Below are positions 50,347 to 62,965 of a stretch of 64,000 nt of DNA, piece by piece. The notes beneath the pieces are model-generated. The model worked only from the letters and a program-made list of their open reading frames with translations, was not told the origin of the DNA and ran no database searches. Origin of the DNA: Malacoraja senta (lineage: Eukaryota); assembly GCA_038087875.1 (NCBI GenBank), contig CM075990.1, positions 13,208,001 through 13,272,000 on the forward strand, written 5' to 3'. A program made the translations under genes and the position numbers. The first letter of the stretch is position 1. Each line of letters starts with the position of its first letter.

Positions 50347-53297
50347 GATGTCGTGTAACTCTGCATTCAGCTGGTAACATGATGTACTTCAACTAATGGC
50401 TTTTCATCAAGAGAAAGGTCTTAATCTGAAAGATGAGGATTGCAAGCAATTGGACAAGGATTAATACCCTTTCGGGGGTGCTGTACTTGTGGCTGACAAC
50501 ACAATGTTAGTGATGGATACTATGTGACAGGTATCTTTGTGCTCTTACAAATTAAAACCATGGCTGATTGGCATACAAAACATTTAAAAGAAACTGGATC
50601 CAACAATGTGTAGAGGAATGTTTTTTTTCTTTCTCTTGAGTACAGCAGCCAGAATATACAGTGGCATGATCCATCAGCCTATATTTATTAGAATCCATCT
50701 GTGCCACGATGTTGGGAGTGCATTCATTGCGATATATTATTAATTGAAGAGAATATCACATTGCAGTTGTTAAGTTCACGAAACCATAGTCATGGAGAAT
50801 TTTTTTTTCAGTGAAAACTTTTTTTAATTGGAGTCCTGCAGTTGAACTTCAGTCACCTTGTCTTGCAGGCATAGTGTTTTGTTGCCTGTGAATAGGAGTA
50901 GTCTCTGTAGTCATTGAAAGTGATGCTTTCATTACAAGGTTTTCTTGCAGGCATGTCGCTTCTAATACAATTGGGATGTGGCAGGAAATTGAGCGGCTGG
51001 CGAGAACTGGTGCAGCCACGGGGAGAATGTGGAAACTCCACACAGCACCCGAGATCAAGACCGGACCCTGTGGCGCTGGAGTTAGGAGGCAGCATCCCGA
51101 GTGGTTGCTGCCTCATTGTGCAGTCTGCTAGCAATTTCCTGAATGTTGATGATGGCCAAACCTGATTTATAGTTGCCGTACCAGAATGGTACTGCCACAG
51201 CCGACTTCAGCACTGGGTCAGCACAGTAAGATGGCACATACAATGACCATGTCTGTGCACCGCAGAGGCAGATTTCACACCGTTCAGCAAGAACAAGGAT
51301 ATTATGGTTTTATAATCAAAATGTTCCTAATCTAAACCTAGGAGTTGCTCGCAATGGGACTGGAAGTTTCCTCTGGGTGTTTATTTTCTTCATGTGTCCC
51401 CAAAATTGTGCGGCTTTGTTGGTTAATTGGCCACTGTAAATTCCACCTAATATGTGCGGTTGAGTGGGTGTTCCTGCAAGGGGGCGGTTGGGGAGATCGT
51501 TGGTGGCAATAGACAATAGGTGCAGGAGTAGGCCATTCGGCCCTTCGAGCCAGCACCTCCATTCAATATGATCATGGCTGATCATCCTCAATCAGTACCC
51601 CGTTCCTGCCTTCTCCCCATATCCCCTGACTCCGCTATTTTTAAGAACCCTATCTAGCTCTCTCTTGAAAGCATCCAGAGAACCTGCCTCCACCGCCCTC
51701 TGAGGCAGAGAATTCCACAGATTCACAACTCTCTGTGAGAAAAAGTGTTGCCTCGTCTCCGTTCTAAATGGCTTAATCCTTATCCTTAAACTGTGGCCCC
51801 TGGTTCTGGATTCCCCCAACATCGGGAACATGTTTCCTGCCTCTAGCGTGTCCAAACCCTTAACAAGTGGGGGAGAATAAATTAGGTTAGGGTAGGATTG
51901 GTAGAAAAAGATGCCTGTTGGTCAACGTGGACTTGGTGGATCAAAGGGCCTGATGCCATGAGGTATCTCTCTGTAACTATGACCCTCAAGCTACCGTGAC
52001 CTTCAAAGGGTAAGCTACCCTGGAGGGAGAGTTATATGATATTTATACTGAGGAGAGTAAGGCTTATGTTTCTGGTGAATGTCTGACTAACGGAAGCATG
52101 CATACATGTCTATTTGCATGCAGTGTTTGAGGCCAGTGAAGTCAATTAGACAATCACCACATCCTCTTGAAAACAGTGAGCCTATTTTGCGGACTTCACA
52201 TAACCACTTGATGTGCTGACTTCCAATGTCTTTGATTATTTCACATCACACTTGCATGCTCACTCTCTTGTACTTCTGTTCACCTTCCTACGTCAATCTT
52301 CACCCAAACTTATATTCCCCCGCTATCTAAGAGCTACTTGAATGGTGTAGACTCCATATTAGTCTCGTTTGTGCTCTTATGCTCGTATATTCATCTTGAG
52401 GGTCTGGTTATCACTAGGAAGGCCAGCATTTATTGTCCACCCCTGTCTGCCCTTAAGAAGGAGCTGAGTTCACCTCGTGAATCACTCCAGTTCTTCTGGT
52501 GAAGGATGGTTGGATAAGAAGTTTCAAGATTTGGATATTGCGGAAGGGAAGGGTGAGCAATATATGTCCAAGTCGGGATGATGCATGACCCGTAGCATCT
52601 TTTCCTAGGCTAAGGAGCTTGATAGAATTGCACAGGATGTACCTGACTGAATGAATGTTGAGGTCCTTCAGGCATCTGATACGGAAATCACAGTTAGACT
52701 ATTCACATTCACTCTTTAAATAGAACCGTTCACAGTAAAAAGGAGGAGACAGGGGTTGTAGGCAGGGATGGTTGTGGAGCCAGTTTCTTAGTGGTTTGAT
52801 GTTTTCAGAGGGTTTCCTGATGGCAAGAATTTTCCACCCAGCTTCGCTGGGAGCGGTTCAGATTCTGTTTACTTGTCAAATCAGACCATTTTTACACGAT
52901 GAGTCACAGGGGTTCCCTGGTGATAGCAAATCTTTGCACTAGCAACAGTGCTTGTATTTGACTGGGGTATCCTAGCAACGTTCTGAAGTTTTGCGCTGTG
53001 GTTTGTGTGGTTGGAGCTAGTTCTAAACTATTTACTTTGCTGTTGTGCCCTACTGCTCTCAGCCCAATGGCTTTCAAATGAAGAGAGACACAAAATGCTG
53101 GAGTAACTCAGCGGGACAGACAGCATCTTTGGAGAGAAGGAACGGGTGCCGTTTCGGGTCGAGACCCTTATTCAGACTGAAGAAGGATCTCGACCCGAAA
53201 GGTCACCTGGTCCTTCTCTCCAGAGATGCTGTCGGTCCCGCTGAGTTACTCCAGCATTTTGTCTACCTTCGATTCAAACCAGCATCTGCAGTTCCTT

Positions 53298-54001
53298 GGT
53301 ACACAAAAATGCTGGAGAAACTCAGCGGGTGCAGCAGCATCTATGGAGCGAAGGAAATAGGCAACGTTTCTGGCCGAAACCCTTCTTCAGACTGATAGGG
53401 GGTGGGGAGAAGAAAGGAAAAAGGCGGAGGAGGGGCCCGAGGGCTGAGGGATGGGAGGAGACAACCAGAGGGCTGAGGAAGGGGAGGAGACAGCAAGGGC
53501 TAGCAAAATTGGGAGAATTCAATGTTCATGCCCCCAGGATGTAGACTGCCCAAGCGGAATATGAGGTCCGAAATAACCAACCTGACCTCCCGGTGGCTCA
53601 GCACTTCAACTCCCCCTCCCATTCCGTATCCGACCTCTCTGTCCTGGGTCCCCTCCATGGCCGCAGCGAGCAACACCGGAAATTGGAGGAAATGCACCTC
53701 ATATTCCGCTTGGGCAGTCTACATCCTGGGGGCATGAACATTGAATTCTCCCAATTTTGCTAGCCCTTGCTGTCTCCTCCCCTTCCTCAGCCCTCTGGTT
53801 GTCTCCTCCCATCCCTCAGCCCTCGGGCTCCTCCTCCGCCTTTTTCCTTTCTTCTCCCCACCCCCTATCAGTCTGAAGAAGGGTTTCGGCCCGAAACGTT
53901 GCCTATTTCCTTCGCTCCATAGATGCTGCTGCACCCGCTGAGTTTCTCCAGCATTTTTGTGTACTTTCGATTTTCCAGCATCTGCAGTTCCTTCTTTAAC
54001 A
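53298..54001 (+). mobile_element. Penelope-like element 3' fragment with inverted pLTR arm
   Basis: 53299-53567 is the reverse complement of 53696-53964; extra ~37-nt tail on the right only; 15-bp repeat CATCTGCAGTTCCTT on both flanks. Confidence 0.9.
53572..53763 (+). pseudogene. Penelope ORF C-terminus (end of GIY-YIG endonuclease domain)
   Basis: NNQPDLPVAQHFNSPSHSVSDLSVLGPLHGRSEQHRKLEEMHLIFRLGSLHPGGMNIEFSQFC*. Confidence 0.8.
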
Positions 54002-54391
54002 CATCTGCAGTTCCTTCCTACATGTTTCAAATGAGGGCTGTTATTCATTACTTTTTTTGTGGTTTTAATTGAAGGCAGACAATGCTATTTTTTGGAAGAT
54101 TATATTCATTCTTTGGTTTTATTTTCTCAGGAAAAAAAACATTGCTTTGCTTTCTAACATGAGAATGGGGTCATTGATCAGATGATGCAAAGAAATCTGG
54201 ACTAACAGCCAGCTAAAAAAAAAATGGTCTCTGCATTTAAAAGATAAACCCCAACATAAGCCATTATACATCTTCTATCCCACCCTTGAATTGAGAGTGG
54301 CAACAAAAAGCTTGGGTAATAATATTGTAAAATTCTTCTCTCATCTATCCAGAGAACATAGATAGCAATGTGGTTGACTATTAAATGTCTT

Positions 54392-54591
54392 NNNNNNNNN
54401 NNNNNNNNNNNNNNNNNNNNNNNNNNNNNNNNNNNNNNNNNNNNNNNNNNNNNNNNNNNNNNNNNNNNNNNNNNNNNNNNNNNNNNNNNNNNNNNNNNNN
54501 NNNNNNNNNNNNNNNNNNNNNNNNNNNNNNNNNNNNNNNNNNNNNNNNNNNNNNNNNNNNNNNNNNNNNNNNNNNNNNNNNNNNNNNNNNN
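54392..54591. other. Assembly gap (200 N)
   Basis: N run. Confidence 1.
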
Positions 54592-55173
54592 TGCGGTCAT
54601 TGGCGGCGAAACAGGAAGAATCTACCGCTCCTGGGCCGCCATAAGACCGCGCACTTCGGTCAAACGCACAATTCTGGGGCCGTGCGGCGTTGTTCCCAAC
54701 ACCGCACGGTGCTAAAATAAAACCAACACTGTTCGAAAACCTTTTCCTACCGCACAGCCTCCGCCAGTGAGGCACGAGTGCGGCATGGCCGCCGCCACAG
54801 CCGCCGCCAGTGTGGCACGAGCGCCGTGCGTCGAACTTGCACCGCCACAGCCTCCGCCAGTGAGGCACGACCGCCGCCACAGCCTCCGCCAGTGAGGTAC
54901 GTGTGCGGCACGGCCGCCGCCACAGCGCCACGATCAGCACGGCCGCCACAGCCCCGCAGATCCGAAATGACGTCATCGCAGTCGGCCCGCCCTTTTTTTT
55001 TACTTACCGCAAGCTCGTGGGACCAGCCGTACTTAAATCACTCGGCCCCCGCGCAGCACCCGTGCGGCGCTCCCGTGGCATAGGCTCGGCGCTCTCGCCA
55101 TTGCCGTGCGGTCCCCTCTACCGGCGACGCCGCGCTTCACCGCCGATGACCGCAACACCGTGAGACAGAGCCT
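54592..55173. mobile_element. GC-rich MITE (Harbinger-like); left tip in gap
   Basis: Left TGCGGTCATTGGCGGCGAA matches the reverse complement of the right end ...TTCACCGCCGATGACCGCAACACCGTGAGACAGAGCCT, which is followed by TAA. Internal CCGCCACAGCCTCCGCCAGTGAGG repeats. Confidence 0.75.
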
Positions 55174-56228
55174 TAAAGATTCAGCACAGGATCAATGCTC
55201 CGTTAAGTGTAGGAAGGGAATGTAGATGCTGGTTTACACCAGAGATGGACACAAAATGCAGGCAGCATATCTGGAGGGAAAGAATGGGTGACGTTTCGGG
55301 TCGAGAAGACTGAAGAAGGGTCTCGATCCGAAATGTCACCCATTCCTTCTTTCCAGAGATGCTTTTTGTTTTTATCTTCAATGTTCCGTTACATTAGCCT
55401 CAAATTTTGATCACAAAATTGGGTCTTGAACCTACAATGTTGTGACTCTGAAACAAGAAAAGTACCAGTTGTTTTGGCTTGGTGCAATTACTATTGGAAG
55501 GCTGCTTACATCGGCCATTACATTGTCTCCTGTAGGTTTAGTGGGTGCATTGGTCTTTTATTTGCACATTGTTGCTTTACGACTAATCTGAAAGCATTAG
55601 CATTGGGAGAGCAAGTCAGAGGTCAAAGAGTCTTTGAGGTCAAGTTTGATTGCAGAAGCCACTGACTCAGAGGAAAGAATGCAACTGATGAGCCAAACTC
55701 AATGTGCAATGCCTTTTTAAGTAATGTCATGGCCTGAGTGAATCTGGTGATCATGTAAGGAGTGCACACTGGTACATTGCTGGGATTCTTTGGGTTATAA
55801 TCAAGGATGTTTGCTACTATTGTGCAGGAAAGAACTGCAGATGCTGGTTTAAATCGAAGGTAGGCACAATACGCTGGAGTAGCTCAGCGGGACAGGCAGC
55901 ATCTCTGGAGAGAAGGAATGGGTGATGTTTTGGGTCGAGGCTGAAGAAGGGTCTCGACCCTAAACGTCACCCACTCCTTCTCTCCAGAGATGCTGCCTGG
56001 CCCGCTGTGTTAATCCAGCATTTTGTATCTACCATGTTTGCGACTATTGATGACTTAAGACTTTTGCTGATAACTTTGCTTCAAACTTTGGAGTGAAACG
56101 CTATGATGCACATGCTAAACTGGGATCATTAACCCCAGACTTGGTTAACCTCTTGCTTCTGACCAACAACATGTTGGTAAATGATGTGTAATCAGCAATG
56201 TTCCATGCTGGTTAATGATGCTTGAAGG

Positions 56229-56500
56229 AAGTCAAGTCAAGTCACTTTTATTTATATAGCACATTTAAAAAACAACTCTCGTTGGCCAAAGTGCTTTACA
56301 TTGGTGGAGGTACTAACGTTATACAACAGTGGTTCATAGATTAAATACATACATCACTACATATATATAGCCCTCGCTCAGAGGACGTCAAGAAAGGCTT
56401 GGGAGTAGAGATGAGTTTTTAGTCTCGACTTAAAGGAGTCGATGGAGGGGGCAGTTCTGATGGGAAGAGGGATGCTGTTCACAGTCTAGGAGCTGCAATA
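56229..56500 (-). mobile_element. L2-clade LINE 3' end
   Basis: Minus FKSRLKTHLYSQAF; TGTAAAGCACTTTGG...GTGCTATATAAATAAAA; (GACTT)n tail. Confidence 0.75.
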
Positions 56501-59361
56501 ACGACCGAGCTCTTTGGCTGTTCATCTCATTCTGTAATGTTTCTCTCCTAGCTGGGAATATTTGCAAATGTCTTTGCAGGACTAAAAACAAAATATGCTG
56601 GAAATACTCAACAGGTCAGGCAGCATCTGAGGATAGAAACATTAAAAAAAAATAAGCAGGAGTTGCCATTCAGCCCATCGCCTCTTTTCCAAGATCTTGG
56701 CAGATCTTTCATTCCTGTGCCACTTTCCTGCATTAACCTAATTTTATTAGATTCCTCAATATCTAATAGCTTTTGGTGTTTGTCTTGAATATTCTGAGTG
56801 ACGAACCCTGCACAGCCCTCTTGACTAGCAAATTTCAAAGATTAATAGTCCGCCCTGCCTCCGGTTGACCTGATTGTATTTGAGACGGTGACTGTTGCTT
56901 CCAGAGGTTGTACATAATTGCAAGATGATATATCTATTCAAACTCTCTTGCAATAAAAGCTAATGAATTGCTTGCTGTGCTGCATGTTAACTAGAAGCGA
57001 TATGGGCATAAGTAGACCCAACGCCCTCTGAATAGCGAGAGACTAACACCTTTTAACCTCTCACCATTTATTTTCCTTTCTTCTGAAGTGGATGACTTCA
57101 TAATATTCCATCTGCCATGCCTTTGCCCAGTTACTTTAACAATACTGTGCTTCTTCTTGAAACCTCTGAATCCTCCTCACAGCCTCGATGCCAAACTTTA
57201 TATCAACCCAGCACTCATTGAGCCAAATTGGATATACGTCATCTAATTCCTTCAAAGATAGACACAAAAAGCTGGAGTAACTCAGCGGGACAGGCAGCAT
57301 CTCTGGAGAGAAGGAATGGGTGACGTTTTGGGTCGAGACCCTTCTTCAGACTGTTTCTGATCTGATTCCTTCATCCAGTTATGACCTGCTGAGCCCCCCC
57401 TATACTGATCCCTGCAGTGGCCCTCTGGCCACAGTCTGGTAACCCCCCCCCCCCCAAAAAAATAATCTTTATTCCTGCCCTTTTCTCTCCAGTAGCCATA
57501 GAAACAGCAATCCACAACGTGTTGTCCAGCAAAGAAGTCTGAAGCAGGGTCTCGACCCGAAACGTCACCTATTCCTTTTCTCCAGAGGTGCAGCCTGACC
57601 CGCTGAGTTACTCCAGCATTTTGTGTCCATCAATCCGCAATACCCCAATTAATATGCTCCAATTTTATTTCATCTTTTGGATGTCCAAACACACAGCATC
57701 TACTGCTTTCCCCTTTCATCTACTCAGCTGGTTGCAAATATTCTAACAGTTTTGCCTTGGTCAACCCCATCAGTTTATTACTTTCCAAGTGCCCTACCAC
57801 CATTTCATAATAGACTCCAGCATTTTTCCTACCACTGATATCTGTATAACTGCTCGATCGTTTTGTGTTCGCTTTCCCTCTTTTGTTAAAGAGAAGGTAA
57901 CAAATGTGACCCGCATTATCTGTGGTACTGCTCTAGTATCCGTGTAGTTCTCCTTCAGAGCCTACCTTCAGAGCCGCCTCTTACAAAATCGTTGGAGGCA
58001 GATCATTCGCTCCTGAGGATTTATCAGCTTTCCATCCTGTTAATTTGGATCCAATGCCTGTAGCCCTTCAACAGTATCAGCACCTTAGTCCCATCCATGT
58101 AATGTGTTCCCACATAGACCATGACAACGACAGCTTGATCTTTCCTCTCCAGCCCTGAGGAGATGTCCTTAATCATGTCAGTGGACAGGTGAGATGGCCA
58201 TCCAGAATAGTTTAAAGAAGAAGAAATACTGTCTACCAGTGAAATACTTCACTGCGCTGTTTTCTGTTACCAATTCATTCATTTCTACTACCACAATTTT
58301 GTCTAAAGTGTGTACCATGGTGCAGTGATCATGTTGTTTTCGTTTGTACTCCAGTCTGCCCAGACAGATTGTAAGAATCTAATTCCTGTTGGACTACTGC
58401 AAAGGGTGAGGTTTAATTGCCATCCCCACTCTTATTATAAATCACTATGCTTTTGCTGAAAATTCCCCAGTACTTCATCCGGACATATGATCGTCTAATG
58501 GAGAAAAGTGTCTCTAACTTTCCCTCTCACCAGTGCTATGAAGTTGTGAAATCTTCAGCTACATCTCATCAAACCTTGAGCCAAATTTCCTCCAGCAGCA
58601 GACACCGCAGTAGGTCAGGCAACATCTCTGGAGAACATGGATAGGTGACAATAGACAATAGGTGCAGGAGTAGGCCATTTGGCCCTTCGATCCAGCACCA
58701 CCATTCAATGTGATCATGGCTGATCATCCCCAATCAGTACCCCGTTCCTGCCTTCTCCCCATATCCCATGACTCCGCTATCTTTAAGAGCCCTATCTAGC
58801 TCTCTCTTGAAAGTATCCAGAGAACCGGCCTCTACCACCCACTGAGGCAGAGAATTCCACAGACTCACAACTCTGTGTGAAAAAGTTTGGGTTGGGAAGT
58901 GTAAACAGTTTCTCCCCAGCGGTGTAGGAAGGAACTGCAGATGCTGGTTTACTCCGAAGATAGACACAAAATACCGGAGCAAAATAACATGTAGTGAAAA
59001 GTGTAAAGGGAAAAAGGAGAGGATTTGGATGAAAGGATGAAGCATTTTTGTTCTTGTTTCAGTCGCACAGTTGGTAAACCCGTTGTTATGCTCCAGCATT
59101 TTGTGTTGATCTTCCCAGCTGTAATCAGGCAACTGAACCATCTTCTCAGCAACTAGAGAGCAGGCTTGACCTCCCATCTACCCCATTGGAGACCTTCAAA
59201 CTATCTTAACTTAGATTTTGCTGGTTTTTACCTTGCACTAAACATTATACCGTTTATCCTGTACTTTGTACACTCTGCCATGGTCCCCATCAGCTTCCAT
59301 CTACTCCAACGGCAATGTATCCCCTGCTATACCTGTCTAGGAATATTTATTCAATGAAATA

Positions 59362-59704
59362 GGGCAGTCACGGTGGCGCAGCGGTAGAGTTGCTGCCTTA
59401 CAGCGAATGTAGCGCCGGAGACCCTGGGTTCGATCCCGACTACGGGTGCTGTCTGTATGGAGTTTGTACGTTCTCCCTGTGACCTGCGTGGGTTTTCTCT
59501 GAGCTCTTCGGTTGTCTCCCACTTTCCAAAGACGTACAGGTTTGTAGGTTAATTGGCTTGGTAAATGTAAGAATTGTCCCTAGTGGGTGTAGGATAGTGT
59601 TAATGTGAGGGGATCGCTGGTCTGCACGAACCCGCTGGGCCGAAGGGCCTGTTTCCGTGCTGTATCTCTAAAACTAAAACTTAAAAACTAAAACTAAAAC
59701 TGAA
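59362..59704 (+). mobile_element. HE1-type V-SINE, full length
   Basis: A/B boxes, V-domain, (CTAAAA)n tail. Confidence 0.9.
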
Positions 59705-62700
59705 ATAACTTTATTTAATCACATCACCACAGCTCAAACTTAATTTGGGTACTTCAAAGTCTACATTCTGTATGTAATGTTTTTGAAATAAAGAAACCAT
59801 TAACTTTTCAGGTTGATCATCTTTAATCAGAACTGGTATAAAGTTGGAACTTTAACAATAAAATGTAAGATGCGGAGGAAGTGGGGCAGGGTGGTGAGGG
59901 GTATAAAAGAAAGATATGCAAATTGGGGATATGCAAAAGCAGGAGAGATTAAATTAAATAAGAAACTTTTTGAAAGAACATTTCCTCCTCGAGACGCACT
60001 AATTGACTCTTTAACGATCAGATTTATGGGCTACAATTTGAAGTGTTCCAGGTTGAAGGACCTGGTCTGCTGAGTCCAGGCCTGGAGATTTGACAGGGCT
60101 GGAGATTTGGATCTCAACGCTCGCTGTGCGTGAGGGCTACAATCTTTGGTTCATTCGGATTCACCCGTGCATTTGGGAGTCCTGCCTTATGGGTCCAGTG
60201 TTGCTGCAGTTACAACGATTGTTCCTTTTCTATGGGGGAGTGTTCATTGTACCTAATCTCTATCGCACTAAAACTCCTTTCATTGATTTGCAGGTGTGCC
60301 AGAGGTTTCCAGTGTGGAATAGTCAGCGGGTGTTGTACTGCTCCAATACCTCTCTGCCTGCCAGCGGTGAGTAGCACCAACATCTCTTGTGAATACGGGC
60401 CACGATCTCGCTTCTTGAAAGATCCCCCTGTGATTGTTCGTGTGACTTGCGCAAACAGAGGCGACGGTCGCTGCCTAACGCCATGGCGTTTAGGAAACTG
60501 CTCAGACAGATCAACAACACATAATTACACAGCACCTTTCATGTAGGAAGATATCCCAAGAGCTTAACAGGTAGCATGAACTGAAGCATCACTATGCCTT
60601 GGCAGGGTTAGAAGATAAACTGAGAGTACAGACGTCATTTAAAGATGCACATTAATAAAATAAAATAAAATGGTTTACTTACAATTTGTTCTACAAACTG
60701 ATGCAAAGTAATTGGCCTCTCTCGCCACTAGTTGTACAGCACCTCCAGTGGTGGGAGTGTTTAATTCCATGGGCCACATTTTATGCAGCTGCTATAATCT
60801 ATAACAAATAACAAACTGCTGGAGGAACTCAGTGGGATGGGCAGCAACTGTAGAGGAAAAGGATAAAACGACATATCGAGATAGGGACGCTTCTTCAGAC
60901 TGATGGAGGGGAGATAGGTGAGGGGAAAGGTTGGGACAAGAGCTAGCAAGTGATGGGTGGATTGAGGTGAGGAGATGATAGAGCAGATGTCTGTTGGGAG
61001 GGAGGTAGTGGACAGGAGATGAAGGCTGGAGGGGAGGGAAGACTAAAGCAGGCAAATGGTGGAATCTGATCAGGGAGCCAAACCAGAGGAAGGGTTCCTT
61101 GGCTGAAGGGAACAGTGAGGGGCGAAGGTGGGGGTGCGAGAGGAGCAGGTGGAGGAGGGGGAAGGAGCTGGATGCTGAGGGTGGGAAGAGCGGAATGAAA
61201 GGTGCGTTGCGTGGGAGAGACACTGGGGTAGATAAGAAGAACCATCAAACCATCCTACCAACTAGGGAGGTCCTGAGCTACTATCTACTTCATTGGAGAC
61301 CCACTGACTATGTTTGATTGGACTTCACTGGACTTTATCTTGCATTAAAGTATATTCACGTTATTCCCTTTCTGATGTATCTGTGCACTGTGGATGGCTC
61401 GATTGTAATCATGTATTGTCTTTCTGCTGACTGGTTAGCACGCAGCAAAAGCTTTTCACTGTACCTCGGTACACGTGACAATAAACTAAACTCGAAGGGG
61501 GGGTTGGGAAGTAGCTAAAATTGGGGAAATTCAGTGTTCATGCTGTTAGATTGTCGGGTCAACCCAAGTGGCATTTAGGTGCTATTCTTCTAGTTATTGT
61601 GAATAATACAATAATGTTGACATTGAGACACCTGGAAATAAATGCACAAAGAAAAAAAAAATTGATGGCTCCTAAAATCTACGTTTCAAAATGGCATTAA
61701 TACTTGAAGACACTCTGAAGTCGGTCTGAAGAATGGTCTCGACCTGAAACGTCGCCTATTCCTTCACTCCATAGATGCTGCCTCACCCGCTGAGTTTCTC
61801 CAGCATTTTTGTCTACCTTCTGAAGTCTTGCTCAGTGTCTTTTGATTTTAGCCAGTGGTGATAATGAGGTACTTGTTCTGAAGAAACCCGGAATAATATT
61901 TTCAAATTGCTTTTGAATAAAATGTAACCCATGAAGTACATTATATTAAAACTGAGAATGCTGGAAACACTCACTCTGTGGAAAGAGAGGGGGTGATATT
62001 TTGGGACCCAGACCTATTGGACCCAAAACATTAAACTGTTTTTCCCTCCATGGATGCTGCCAGACCTTCTGGGTGGTTCCACAATTTTGTGTTTTTTTAA
62101 TTATGATTTAAAGCATCTTCAGTTATTTTATTTTTCATATATGCATGGATTATATAAACCCTTACAATATCTCTCATTAGTTAAGTCTAATGGTCTGACC
62201 TCTTCACTTTGGACCATGAGGCTATGAGGAAAGATAGCAGTCTGATGCTCTACCAATCTACATTCCACCCCTGACAATAAGATCCCTGCATGTAGGAAGG
62301 AACTGCAGATGCTGGTTTAAATCGAAGATGGACACAAAAACCTGGAGTAACTCAGCGGGACAGGCAGTGTCTCTGGAGAGAAAGAATGGGTGACGTTTCG
62401 GGTGGAGACCCTTTTTAATAAGATCCAACTTTCGTCTTTGCCATCATCTGGCCCAATAACGTGGTATTAATCTATGCTTGTGCATCTCTGGTTCCTGGAG
62501 TATTCCCTTTTCCCATTATTCCACCCCTTCAGCCTTCCGCCGTCTTTGCTCATCTCTGGAATTCCCTCTCCCTTTTTTAAAGTAGTTCTTAAACCTGACA
62601 TTTCTTGGGTGAACTGGGGCTGGGGACTGGACATTGTGCTTCCCCCACAATGGAAATCACTGTGGGGGGATGATTTTTGTTTGTAATTGTTTGTAATTGT

Positions 62701-62717
62701 ATTTGTTAGTCTGTGTT

Positions 62718-62965
62718 CAAGATGGCGGTCGGAGGGAGAGTGGACGCTGGCGTTAAATTGCCGCTGCTCTCTCCTCAAATTGTGCTTCTGATTTTCTTTT
62801 TTTTGTGTGTTTTTGGAAGGAATTCTGTCCCTGATTTATGTATTGGTCTTTATAACCTATTTTTTTAAAATTCTGATTATATGTTTTCTATAAATCTCTG
62901 TATGGTGTCCTTGAGACCTCGGTATAAGGCGCCCGTAAATAAAATCCATTATTATTATTATTATT
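62718..62965 (+). mobile_element. Short element with CAAGATGGCG head and L2-type 3' end, (ATT)n tail
   Basis: TGTATGGTGTCCTTGAG...AAGGCGCCCGTAAATAAAAT followed by (ATT)6. Confidence 0.55.

Noticed and set aside
54341..55163. GC-rich ORFs / CpG-island promoter
   Set aside because: Explained by a TIR-bounded MITE with internal repeats; some ORFs run through the N gap.
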